NCBI RefSeq assembly: GCF_018350175.1
Contig: NC_058368.1
Coordinates: 25,422,001 to 25,486,000 of the forward strand
DNA from: Felis catus
Lineage: Eukaryota
Length of the DNA stretch: 64,000 bases
Reading direction: 5' to 3'
Made by a program: the position numbers and the translations under genes. Shown here one piece after another: positions 23,601-37,400 of this stretch. A model generated the notes under the pieces. The model did not search any database and had not been told where the DNA came from. It worked only from the letters and a program-made list of their open reading frames with translations. How positions within the stretch are numbered: position 1 is the first letter of the stretch; each line of letters begins with the position of its first letter.

Positions 23601-26600
23601 GAAACAAATATGGAATGGGGAAAAGTGAAGAAGAACCCTACAGAAATGGATGTGAATTGGAGGTTTCAGTATAAATTCATGATATTCAAAGTTGTATTTT
23701 TTTCTACCTCTGGCCTGTAAAAGGGGTTAGGAATAATGACATCCACCACTAGCAATGAAAACACCTAGCACTCAGAGCCTGAGTTCTAAATATGACTGTC
23801 CTCCCGTTAAGAAAACCAAAACTTCCTGGAGAAACAGGTGACTCCAGGTCTAGGGCAAGAAATGTAAAACGTAAGTACCTGGGTCATCTTGTGCAAGAAA
23901 GCAAAGAATCTAGTTTGACCGAGATAAAAAGAAAGAAGACTGAAATTACCAGAATCACATATAAAGAGGGAGCAGTAATACTGACCTTACAGAAATAAAA
24001 AATGTAAATGTAACAACAACGAACAACTGTATAACAACAAATTAGGTAACTTACATGAAATGGAAAATTTCCTAGAAAAAGACAAACTACTAAAACTGAT
24101 TCAAGAAGAAACAGACAATATGAATAAACCCATAATAAGTGAAAAGACTGAATAAAAAAATTACCCACAAAGAAAAGTCAAGCCCAGATTGCTTCACCAC
24201 TGAATTCCACCAAACATTTAAATTAACACCAATATTCTTCACAAACTCTTCCAAAAACAGAAGAGGGAATACTTCCCAACTCAACTGACAAAGCCAGTAT
24301 TATCCTGATTATCAAAACCAGACAACAATATCAAGAGAAGAGAGAACCACCATATCTCTTATGAATATGGATACAAAAATCTTTACCAAAGTACTAGCAA
24401 ACAGAGTCCAGAAACATATAAAAAGAATTACACACCACAACAAATGGGGTTTAACTCAGGAATGAATGCAAGGTTGGTTTAACTTCAAAAATTGATTAAT
24501 GGAATAAAATCACTAGATCATCCCAATACTTGCAGAAAAAGCATCTGACAAAAAGCAACACCATTTCATGATAAAAACACTCAAGAAACTGGGAACAGAT
24601 AGGGACTTCCTCGGGGCGCCTGGGTGGCTTAGTCAGTCGAGCATCAGACTCTTGATTTCAGCTCAGGTCACGATGTCAGAGTCGTGGGAATGAGGCCCCC
24701 ATCAGGCTTCACCTGAGTATAGGGCCTACTTAAAATTCTCTCTCTCTCCCTCTGCCCCTCCCCTGCTGGCGCTTTCTCTCTCTCTAAAAAAAAAAAGAAA
24801 TGGGAACTTCCTCAACCTGATAAAGGGCATGTATGAATAACTCACAGGTAACATCATACTAAATGGTGAAAAGACTGGCTGCTTTCCCTGAATATCAGGA
24901 ATAAGACAAGGATATATGGTCTCACCATTTCTTTTTTTTTTTTTAATGCTTATTTACTTATTTTGATAGAGAGTGAACACAAGCAGAGGAGGGGCAGAAA
25001 GAGAGAGAGAGAGAATCCCAAGCAGGCTCTGTGCTGCCAGCACAGAGTCCGACGCGGGACTCAATCCCACAAACCGTGAGATTATGACCTGAGCCAAAAT
25101 CAAGAGTCAGATACTTAACTGACTGAGCCCCCCAGGTGCCCCATCATCTCACCATTTCAATTCAACATTGTATCGGACATTCTAGCTAGGGCAATTAGGC
25201 AAGGGAAATACATAAAAGGCATTAAGATTGGAAAAAAAGAAGTAAAACTATTTCTATTTGCCGACGACATGATCTTAGGTACATAAATACATGTATATAT
25301 ATTTACACACACATATAGAAAATCCTATGGAATCCACTAAAAAACTATTAGAGTAAGCTAGTCCAACAAGGTTACAGGATACAAGATCAATACATAAAAA
25401 TGAAATATATTTCTACACACATGCAATGAACAATCAAAAAATGGAATTAAGAAAATAGGTCTGGTGGGTCGTGGGTGGCTCAGTTGGTTAATCAACTCTG
25501 GATTTCAGCTCAGGTCATGATCTTATGAGTTCAAGCCCCACGTTGAGCTCTGTGCTGATAGCGTGGAGCCTGTTTGGGATCCCCTCTTTCCCTCTCTCTC
25601 TCTGCCCCTCCTCCACTTGCATGCACACTCTCTCTCTCCAAAACAAGAAAATAAACATTTAAAAAAAAAAAAAATAGTTCCGGGAAGGCTGGGTGGCTCC
25701 GTTGGTTAAGCATCTGAGTCTTGATTTGGGCTCAAGTCCTGATACCAGGGTCATGAGATTGAGCCCCACGTTGGCTCCACACTGAGTGGAGCCTGCTTAA
25801 GATTCTTTCTCTCCATCTCTCTCTGCCTCTACCCCGCTCTCTCTCCAAAAAGAAAAAAGAAAAAAAAAAAAAACATTCCATTTACATTAGCATCAAAAAG
25901 AATAAAATACTTAGGAATAAATTTAACAAAATAAGTGTAAAAGCTATACTCTGAAAACCGTAAAATATCACTGAAAGAAATTTAAAAAGATCCAAATAAT
26001 TTCAAAATATCCCATGTTCATGAATTAGAAGACTTAACACTGTTAATACGGCAATGGTCCTCAAATTAATCGACAGATACAAGGCAATGCCTAACCAAAT
26101 CCCAGCTGATTTCTTTGTAGAAATTGACAAGTTGATTCTAAAACTCATATAGAAATGCAATGGACCAAAAACAGTCAAAACAATCTGAAAAGGGAAGAAA
26201 GCAAGAGAATTCATACTTCCTGATTTCAAAATTTATTACAAAATAATCAAATCAGTATGATACATAAAAATAGATATAAAGATCAACTGAGAGTTCAGAA
26301 ATAAAACAAAAAAATCTATGAGCAACTGACTTCAGTAAGGGGGCCAATAGGAAAGAAAAGCCTTTCAACACATGATGGTGGGACACCTGGACAGAATGCT
26401 GGGACAACAAATGATGCAAGGATAACATGCAAATCACAACCACAGTGAAATACCACTTCATACCCACCAAGATGGCTGAAATCAAAAAGTCAAATACTAA
26501 CAAGAGCTGGCAAGTAAGTGAAGAAATCAGAACCCCTATGCACCGCTTGTGGGAATGGAAACTGGTGCAGCCATTTTGGAAACAACCTAGCAATTCTTCA

Positions 26601-27382
26601 AATGATTAAACGTGGAATTACTATACTACTCAGCAACTCCACTCCTAGCGGTATACAGGAGAGAAATGAAACGCGTGCCCACATAAAAATGTGCACACGA
26701 ATGTTTGTAGCAGCATTACTTAGAACACCCAACAGGTAGAAGCAACCCACGTGTCCATCAGCGAAAGAATGGATAAATAAAAGGTGGTCTGTACATACCA
26801 TGGAATATTATCCAGCCATAAAAGGCTTGAAGTACTAATACGTAACATGGATAGCCTGTGAAAACACACTAAGTGCAAGACATCACAAAAGACCATATAT
26901 TATATAATTCTATTCATGTGAAATGTCTAGAACAGAGCAATCTACAGACAGAAATTAGTGTTTGCCTCAGGCTGGGGGACGAGGGTGATGGATAAAGGGT
27001 ACAGGGGTTTTTTTTGAGATGATAAAAATGGTCTAAAATCGACTAGTGGTGTCGAATGCACTTATCCATGAATGTATTAAAAACTGATTAAATTATAAAC
27101 TCAAAATGGGTGAACTGTAAGGCTTATAAACTGTAATTCGATAAAACTGTTTAAGAAAAAAGTCCTCAAGGATTATGGAGACATGTTAAAAGAACAAAGA
27201 AGCTATTTCAAGGGGCCTCCACTAGTCAGATCTGGGACAATTCTGAGCTTAAAAAAAAATAATGACAATAGATACTATGACTTTTTAAAAAAAATCCACT
27301 AGTGTACAAGGGACAGGAGTAGGAAAAAGGGAAGGAGAGAAATTAATTTTTTTTTATTTTTTTTAAATGTTTGTTTATTTTT

Positions 27383-27430
<48 letters not shown>

Positions 27431-30400
27431 TAGCATGAGTGGGGGAGGGGCAGAGAGGGAGACACAGAATCGGAAACAGACTCCAGGCTCCAAGCTGTCA
27501 GCACAGAGCCCGACGCGGGGCTCGAACTCCCAGACCGCGAGATCGTGACCTGGCTGAAGTCGGACGCTTAACCGACTGAGCCACCCAGGCGCCCTGAGAA
27601 ATTAATTCTTTACAGCAGACTGCCAACTAACATATGTGGAAGAAATGGCCGATATGAAAATTGCCATCTTGCTACTCCCAACGTAATAACTGGTTCAGAC
27701 ACAGATCATTAATGGTTGCAATAACCAGAAAAGATGCTGGGGAACTCACATAATCTCTAAATATCATTTCATCATTACTAATTACAAAGGAGGTAATGCA
27801 CTTTTATAATGAAGTCAGCAATTACGACATTATCCAATGGTGGAACATGCTGACATTATGTGCCTTTGATGTGATAAAGTACACATCAACCTTGTAGTAT
27901 TCGTGCAAAAAAAAAAAAAAGAAAAGAAGTGTAATCTGAATCTAAATATGAGGAAAACAATCAGACAAATCCAGAATGTGGCACATTCCACAATAAAACT
28001 AGCTTGGTCTCTTCAAAAAAGTCAATGTCATAAAAACAAAAACAAAAACAAAAAAGCAGGTGGGGGGAGACAATAACCTTGACTAGACCCCACTCTCTAA
28101 ATTTTTTGATCTTGTTAGGAAAGACATTTGAAGGACAACTGGGGAAATCTGAAAATATACTACATACAGTATATGTAAAAATGGCATGTGATTATGTGAA
28201 GAATGTTTTCTTTTTTTAACATTTCTTTAATGTTTATTTATTTTGAGAGAGAGCATATACATGCATGCTCACCGAGTAGGGGAGGGGCAGAAAGAAAAGG
28301 AGAGAGAGAATCCCAAGCAGGCTGTCAGTGCAAATCGTGACCTGAGGCTTGATCTCACAAACTGTGAGATCATGACCTGAGCCGAAAGACAACTGAGCCA
28401 CCCAGGCACCCCAAAAATGTTTTTATTCTTAAGAGAGTAAGAATTGAAGAATTCAGAAATGAAGACTCGTGATACCTATAATTTACTTTCAAACAGTTCA
28501 GTAATGAAATATCCACACAAAAAGCTAAAGTAAATGGGACAAAAACAGTAAATCTGAAAAAATTCTAGGTTCAACTGACTATTCAATGACACTAAAGCAT
28601 TATAATACTGCTTTTTTTTTTTTAATTTTTTTTAACGTTTATTTATTTTTGAGACAGAGAGAGACAGAGCATGAACGGGGGAGGGGCAGAGAGAGAGGGA
28701 GACACAGAATCCAAAACAGGTTCCAGGCTCTGAGCTGTCAGCACAGAGCCCGACGTGGGGCTCGAACCCACGGACCGTGAGATCATGACCCGAGCCGAAG
28801 TCGGACGCTTAACCGACCGAGCCACCCAGGCACCCCATAATACTGCTTTTAAAAAGGTGTGATAATTGGGGGCGCCTGGGTGGCTCAGCCGGTTAAGCAT
28901 CCGACTTCAGCTGAGGTCATGATCTCACGGTTTGTGAGTTCCACCGCACACTGGGCTCTGTACTGATAGCTCAGAGCCTGGAACCTGATTCAGATTCTGT
29001 GTCTCCCTCTCTCTCTGCCCCTCCCTCTCTTGCTCTCTGTCTCTCTCTCAAAAAAATAAACATTAAAAAAATTTTTTTAATTACAAAATAAAAGGCGTGA
29101 TAATTTTATCACAGTTGTGTTACAATTAGAAGTGCCCTTACCAAAATAAACAAGTGGGACTATATCAAACTAAAAAGCTTCTGCGCAGCAAAAGGAACCA
29201 CAACAAAGTGAAAACATGACTTACAGAATGGCAAAAAATATTTGCAAACCATAAATCTGATAATGAGTTAATATCTAAAATATATAAAGAACTCCTACAA
29301 CTCAACAGCAAAAAAAAAACCCAAATAACCCAATTAAAAATGGGCAAAGGAACTGAATCAACGTTTTTCCAAAGAGGATATACAAATGGCCAACGGGTAA
29401 ATGAAAAGATGGTCAACATCAATAACCATCAGAGAAATGCAAATTAAAACCACAATGAGATAATATCTCACGCCTGTTAGAATGACCATCATCAAAAAGA
29501 TAAGAGATAGGGGCGCCTGGGTGGCGCAGTCGGTTAAGCGTCCGACTTCAGCCAGGTCACGATCTCACGGTCCGGGAGTTTGAGCCCCGCATCAGGCTCT
29601 GGGCTGATGGCTCAGAGCCTGGAGCCTGTTTCCGATTCTGTGTCTCCCTCTCTCTCTGCCCCTCCCCCGTTCATGCTCTGTCTCTCTCTGTACCAAAAAT
29701 AAATAAACGTCGAAAAAAAAAAATTAAAAAAAAAAAAAAAGATAAGAGATAACAAATGCTGGTGAGGATGTGGAGAAAAGGGAGCCCTTGTGCTCTGTTT
29801 GTAGGATTGTAAATTGATGCGGCCACTATGGAAAACAGTATGGAGGATCTTCATTAAAAATAGAAGTACTATACGATCCAGCAATTCCACTTCTGGGTAT
29901 TTATCCAAAGGAAATGAAAACACTAACCCAAAAGGATATCTGCACTCCCATGTTCACTACATCGTGACTCATAATAGCTAAGACATGGAAACAACCTAAG
30001 TGTCCACCAGTGGATAAATTGATAAAGCAGTTGTGATATAGATATACAGTGGAATATTATTCAGCCATTAAAAAAAAGGAAATCCTACCATTTACAACAT
30101 GGATAGACCCTGAAGACATTATGCTAAGTGAAATAAGTTAAAGACAAATGTTGTATCATCTCACTTTTATGTGAAATCTAAAAAATAAAAACAAAAAAGG
30201 TACAAACTCTCAACTACAAGATAACTAAGTACTAGGAATATGATGTATGACATGACTACATAACTACAGTTAACAGTACTACATGATAGACAGGAAAGTT
30301 GTTGAGAGGTAGATCCTGAGAGGTCTCATCACAAAGAGAAATTTCTGGGTTTTTTTTTTTTTTTTAATGTTTATTTATTTTGAGAGACAGAGCGTGACAC

Positions 30401-33400
30401 ACGAGCAAAGGAAGGCGGGGGGAGAAAGAATCCCAAAAAGGCTCTATGCTGTCAGCGCAGAGCCTGATGCAAGAAGGCTCAATCTCACAACCTGAGCTGA
30501 AATCAAGAATTAGACACTTAACCGACTGAGCCACACAGAAGCCCCTACAGAAATTTCTTTTTATTGCTATCCATATGAGATGATGAATGTTAACTAAACC
30601 TACTGTGTAATCATCTTATAATGTATGTAAATCAAATCATCATGCTATATGCCTTAGGCTTATACATTGATATATGCTGATTATTTTTAATGGAACTGGA
30701 AAAAAAGACTTCACTGCAAACAGTAATACATGCCCTTACCTTTTAAAGTTACCTACTGAAGTATTTACTGATGAAATGTTTGGAATTTGTTCAAAAATAA
30801 CTAATGATGAGGAGGGGGAGTAATGGAGGTCTAAGTGAAACAAGACTGGCCATGTGGAAGCTGGGATAATACTATGTAAGAGTTCATTGTATTACTCTAC
30901 TTTTTGCTTATATTTGAAACCTACATTAAGAAAGTTCTAGATTCTGGGCTCCCTAGGTGGCTCAATCAGTTGAACGTCTGACTCTTGATGTCAGCTCAGG
31001 TCATGATCTCGTAGTAGTGGGATCGAGCCATGCAGGAAGTAGAGTCTGCTTGGGTTTCTCTCTCCCCCTCTACCACTCGTGTACACAGGCCCTCTCTCCC
31101 TCTCTCAAAAAAAAAAATAATAATAATAATAATACAGGTTCTAGATTCTAATTCTATTTTAGCACTAATACCCTCAGCATTATTTAAACTCTGTCAAGCA
31201 CTGAAAGAAAATATTCATATGCAACTAAATCAGTGAAATAAATGATCAGTGAAATAAATCTAAGTCTTCAAACCATAAACTGGACATCAACACTGTATAA
31301 TTGAGGAGACGTCCTCCAGGGTTTTTATGAGACGGAATGACATGTGGATGGTTATGTGACCATCAACTACAGTAGCTCCTACATTATCAACCCTCTTCTG
31401 TGCCATTTATTAAAAAAAGAGAGAGAGAAATAACAAGGAGTACAAATTCAATTTAAAACTTGAGAACACATTATTTCCTAGAAAGGGGAGGGAAGTGAAT
31501 TATAAAACACAACCTGAAGGAAAAACAACCTAACAGATCATTTCTGTTCAATTTTTGTTTTATTTTATTTCCTATGATTTTATGGCCAAGTTTATCTTGA
31601 TTTTACATCTTGAGTGAGAATTAAAAAGAAAAATCCTATCTTCACTCGTACAAAACATCCAAAAGGTATGTGGGACTGAGGGACAGATCAAGGAAGGGGC
31701 CCCTACCTCCATCATCACCAACTTATCAGGATACGCCAGGTCTCCCGGAGCAGGTTTGTAGCCCGTGATGTCCGTCTGAATGTAGATGTGGGTTCTGTAG
31801 ACTAGCCGCTCTTGTACGTCTTCCAGCATCTGCTTTACTCCAGCTGCAAATGCTCCCAGTTGTTCAGCTGATAAAAAAGTGTAATCATCCATCCTTTTTA
31901 TATTTGGAAAAATGCTTTCTTTAAACAAGCGAAAATATTGCTAAATTGCCTAGTAATAGCAGGAACCGTTTTTGCCTCGGGGACTGTGGCTGCATTCTAT
32001 TTCAGTATGATTCAAAGACCTCAGAAAAATTTAATAAATTTCTTTCAATTTCCTCATATTGAAAGCTGGGAAATAAATTTGCCCTTATACCCTCTTCCTG
32101 GGACTCTGTGATATTTCTATTATTAACATGAATAATAAAATCTGAATTTTAAGGTGTTTTGTGCTTTTTAAAAGTTATCTCATACAGCTTTGGACTAATC
32201 CTGAGAGAGGGCTAGAGCAGCTTAGTAGCTGGGGTATCATTCCTATTCTACAGATAAATTGAGTCCCACAGACAGTAAATGACTTGTTCATGTTACTACA
32301 AAGAAAACGGAGTAGAAATTTAAAATGAAATATGAGTTCATATAGAATTTCTTCATTCCTAAGATGCCAAGAGTGTTAAACCAGTAATGCAGTAACCAGT
32401 GATGCAGTAACAGCTTTCCTAGGGGTGGGGCGCTGGAGACACTACACAATAACATAAATACTCCATTTAACTCAGAGGCATTAATATATGAGAAAATATA
32501 CACCTTAGAATGAACTAAATGCAGTAGAATAAGAAACTCTGGAAGCATAACAAACCTATAGTGTCTCCTGAGCAAAGTCAAAGTGAAGACAGTAATTTCT
32601 GCCAGTAAAATAACCACTTGAAGGTTTTTTGGTTTTTTTTAAGGTACCTAAGTACCATTAGGAAAATGACAATCAAATCAAATACAGTATGAAAGAACGT
32701 ATCAGATGGTTAAAGTAGAGCTTTCCAGAGCATTGCTTTTATTTGTAATTTCAAAAAAGATAAGTTATTCATATGTATGTACGCTAAAATAATTTGTTTT
32801 TAAATCAAGAGTGAGCAATATAGTCAATGACTTCATGTATTCTAGTAAAAATGTATTAGAAACACCTAATCCAAAACCAACAATTCTCTCCGGATTTCTG
32901 ATACCAGAAAGAAAGGTAACTGTAATTATTTTATTACTAATTTTTCCCAGATTTTAAATTCTTTCCCCATTTAATTTGTACCTTTAGTCAAAAAGTAAGG
33001 TGCATCTTGATTTAAAAAGGGACAAGGCATCAAGCCAGGCTATAAAAACATTAAATTTATACAGGTGAGTGGGGTAGAAGATAGGGAGTTTTCAAATTCA
33101 CTGAGCCACAGATACAATTAAAAAGACTTTTGAAATTTTCTAAATTATCATTTACCATTGTTCTGTACATGATCTTCAAGCACCTCATTTTTAAGGATCC
33201 CACAAAGTTCTGATAGAGTCTCTAAGTGAATAACATGAATGATCAAGGGCCTGAAGACATCATACAACGACACACACAGTTTCTCCAAAAGTTCACTACA
33301 ATGAAAGAATAAAACATGGTTATAAGTAATAATCTTTTCAGGATTTTCTAACAGTATAAATGGCATCATTGATTTCTTCCAGCCAATAAAAATTAAAATC

Positions 33401-34389
33401 TACTGGAAAACAGTGTATAGGAACATTACATAATGAGAAGCGAAAGGGTAAAAATAATACTGCAGTTTTGTTTTTGCTTTAAAAGCTCAAATCAGGGGCA
33501 CCTGGGCTCAGTCGGTTGAGCATCCGACTTCAGCTCAGGTCATGATGCACGCAGGGTCTGTGAGTTCGAGCTCCACGTCGGGCTCTGTGCTGACAGCTCA
33601 GAGCCTGGAGCCTGCTGCAGATTCTCTCCCTCTCTCTCTGCTCCTCCCCCACTCACCCTCTGTCTCTCAAAAATGAACAAATATTAAAAAAATTTTCTTA
33701 ATAAAAATAAAAATAAAAATAAAAGCTCAAATCAATAAGGAGTCTTCAGCAGCCACTCAAATTAGCTGCCCCCAGCCAAATGTCAATTTATTACAACTTT
33801 ATTTCAGCAATACTTTGATATATATGTCCTTTGTCCACAATAACAAATATTCCCAGTAAGTATCCTTTTATTTATTTTTTTTTTTTAATTTTTTTTTCCC
33901 AACGTTTATTTATTTTTGGGACAGAGAGAGACAGAGCATGAACGGGGGAGGGGCAGAGAGAGAAGGAAACACAGAATCGGAAGCAGGCTCCAGGCTCTGA
34001 GCCATCAGCCCAGAGCCTGACGCGGGGCTCGAACTCACGGACCGCGAGATCGTGACCTGGCTGAAGTCGGACGCTTAACCGACTGCGCCACACAGGCGCC
34101 CCGTAAGTATCCTTTTAAATTCTACATCATTTGTGAATCAAATATAACATTTTCCCTAGGAAAGATGAATTCAGAATTCTTAAATACTTAGATAAACAAA
34201 CCTCAAAGTACTTTGGACATAGGGGCACCTGGGTGGCTCAGTCAGTTAAGTGCCCGACTTCAGGTCAGGTCATGATCTCACGGTTTGTGAATTTGAGCCC
34301 TGTGTCGGGCTCTGTGTTGACAGTTCAGAGCCTGGAGCCTGCTTCAGATTCTGTGTCTCCCTCTCTCTCTGCCCCTTCACCACTTGTAT

Positions 34390-34444
<55 letters not shown>

Positions 34445-37400
34445 AATAAATAAACATTAAAATTTTTTTTTAAAAAGTACTTTGGACATACAAGTATATT
34501 TTTGACAATTTTAAACATTTGATGGTCTATATTCTCCATATTGTCAATAGTGCTCTCCTATACATAGCATTTCATCAGAAATGATCAACCTAATCAATAC
34601 CATGAGATAAACTTGTCTCTTCCTCAGTACAAGAGTTACAATGTTAGAACCTTTTTAAGAGTCAAAATCGCCAATAGGAAAAAACCAAAAGTGACTAACA
34701 CGGGCAGAAAGACACTTTCAGAAAAATAAGGAAAAGGTATTAAATACTGTATGTATTTTTAAGTGTCTTTCATTGGTTAGAACCACAGAATTTTTTAACT
34801 AGAAGGAATTATCATACTTAGTGGAGATAAAGGGATATAGATTGCCAAGACTTAGTTCCCAATACAGGATTCTTTTTTTTTTTAATTTTTTTTTTTTTAA
34901 CGTTTATTTATTTTTGAGACAGAGAGAGACAGAGCATGAACGGGGGAGGGTCAGACAGAGGGAGACACAGAATCCAAAACAGGCTCCAGGCTCCGAGCTG
35001 TCAGCACAGAGCCCGACACGGGGCTCGAACTCACGGACTGCGAGATCATGACCTGAGCCGAAGTCGGCCGCTTAACCAACTGAGCCACCCAGGCGCCCCC
35101 CAATACAGGATTCTTACTATCATCCCATATTGTCTCCATAAATATATTATAAATATAAAGGCATGTTGGCCTTTAAATTGCATTTATTTTTCAAAAAGGT
35201 ACTGTCCCACCCAAGAGTATTCTGTTCACACACCCACAAAAGTTAAAATATTCTGCAGTTAATTTTATTCATTTTTAAAATTTTTTTTTAATGTTTACTT
35301 ATTTTTGAGAGAGAGAGAGACTGGGGTGAGCAGGGAGGAGCAGAGAGAGGGAGATACAAAATCCGAAGGAGGCTCCAGGCTCTGAGCTGTCAGCACAGAG
35401 CCCGATGTGGGGCGTGAACTCATGAACTGCAAGATCATGACCTGAGCCAAAGTCAGACACTTAACCGACTGCGCCACCCAGGTGCCTCTGCAGTTAATTT
35501 TTAAATAGTCATATAATATAATAAGCCATGATGGTTATTAGCAAATTAAATCTTAAAACAAGAGGTAGGGGAAACTGGGTGGCTCAGCTGGTGAAGCATC
35601 CAACTCTTGATTTCAGCTCAGGTCATGATCTCACAGTTTGTGAGATCAAACCTCACGTCAGGCTCTGAGCTGACAGCATGGAGCTTGGGATTCAAGCTGC
35701 TTGGGATTCTCACTCATTCTCTCTCGCTCGCTCTCTCTCTCTCTCTGCCCCATGCACACGTGTGTGCACTCTCTCTCATCCTCTCTCTCTCCAAAACAAA
35801 AAACAAAGCAAACAAAAAAAAAACACCAAGAGTTAGATTTTGTGCACCACCTACTCTAATTTTGATGTTGGTTTTGTGAAAAATTCATTGTAAAGCTGGT
35901 GCTCATCCTGGCACACGTGAACCATAAAGGCACAGCCACTGCGAATCTGCAGGAAATAAACACACATCACCTACAGTTAAAGACACACAATGATTCCAGC
36001 ACTTAGAAATAAAGCAAGTATCTTATTTGCAATGTGATTATGCATATATATTCATAAAAGTTATGCAAGAACAGAAAATGGTTGGTTTCCAAAGATTTAC
36101 TGCCGAACATAAACATGGCTCATTTTTATTTTCTTTTGTCTTCTAAACTTTTGACAATGAAAATTACTTTTCTAGTTGAAAAGGGGGTATTTAATAAAAA
36201 AATCTTTATATATCTTTCTATAGTATGAATTAAAGTCACAAAACAAAAAAGCATTCTGCAGCAAAAGTGAAAACTAAATGGTCACTATAAATCCACAAAC
36301 TGTGGTACTCCATCTTTAAAGGAATACTTGTTTGTGAATCTTCATTCTTCAAAAAATACATCAAAATGAGAATATTTTGACAAGTTGACTGCTAACTACT
36401 ACACCAGATTTCTCTTACCTGAAAGAAAAATTCTCTAAGTCTGTTGATATGGGAACCAAAACTTATTTACCCACTTGTAGCTTCTAGAATACCAAAACAT
36501 CTCAGGGGAAGGTTTAAACACCGAACAAAACTAGTAGAAACTTACCAAGGCACAATGATCTCTGTTGTTCTGGCTGGTTAACTCTGTTACAGTACAAGTG
36601 ATACTAGGGCCTAAAAGAAGCTCCCGCTGGTCAAGGTAACACTGATGGATGTCATTCAGCAGTTGCTGGTACCTGATGAAAAGCAGATGGGATTGGCATA
36701 CAAACTTCTGAGTTCAGGTATGTAAATTAAATCTGATCTTAAATCCCAGAAGTGGTTTCCAAACCCCTAAAGCTGTAAGGTCACTTCTCATTTGCCCACA
36801 TTAAATACCACAAATATTTACGTATAAAAAGAAAAAACAAACCATAATGAACTGTGGTTCAAAAGCTGGAACTTTTAAAGAAAGATTTATCTCCCAAGAG
36901 TAGAGAAAGATCTTACATCTGTTGAAATTAAAAGCAAATTCTGCTTGGTGCGCCTGGGTGGCTTAGTCGGTTAAGCATCCAACTTTGGCTCAGGTCATGA
37001 TCTCATGGTTCATGAGTTCAAGCCCCGCATTCGGCTCTTTGCTGACAGTGAGGAGCCTGCCTGGGATTCTCTCTCTCCCTCTCTCTCTTTCTGCCCGCCC
37101 CCCTCTCAAAATAAACAAACAAACTTAAAAAAAGAAAAGAAAAGAAAATCCTGCTATGGGAAAAAGAGATGCCTTGCAAACTCACTAAGACACATCTACA
37201 ACCTTACTCCCCCAAATAAGTAATGTGCTGCAAGGTTTACATAGCATGGAAGGTAACTGCTCAGAAAATATGAAGGACATAATAAACTTGGAAAAAGAGC
37301 ACATCAAGAAGAAGGTCATTTGGAAAGTAAAGAAATTCTAGGTACTCACTCAGGTATTTTTTCAGATCGCTGTTCTATTTGTTCAATGATAGTCTGCAAA

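Larger units (their letters stand above)
23905..27150 (+). mobile_element. Degenerate older L1 ORF2/3' region, split by several SINEs
   Basis: L1 motifs (CAAGATCAATACATAAAAAT, CCATGTTCATGAATTAGAAGAC, CTGGTGCAGCCATTTTGGAAAAC) with many stops. Confidence 0.8.
29140..30705 (+). mobile_element. L1 3' portion, interrupted by SINEs at 29510 and 30349
   Basis: AAACTAAAAAGCTTCTGC, GCAATTCCACTTCTGGGTATTTATCC, 3' UTR-like end. Confidence 0.85.
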
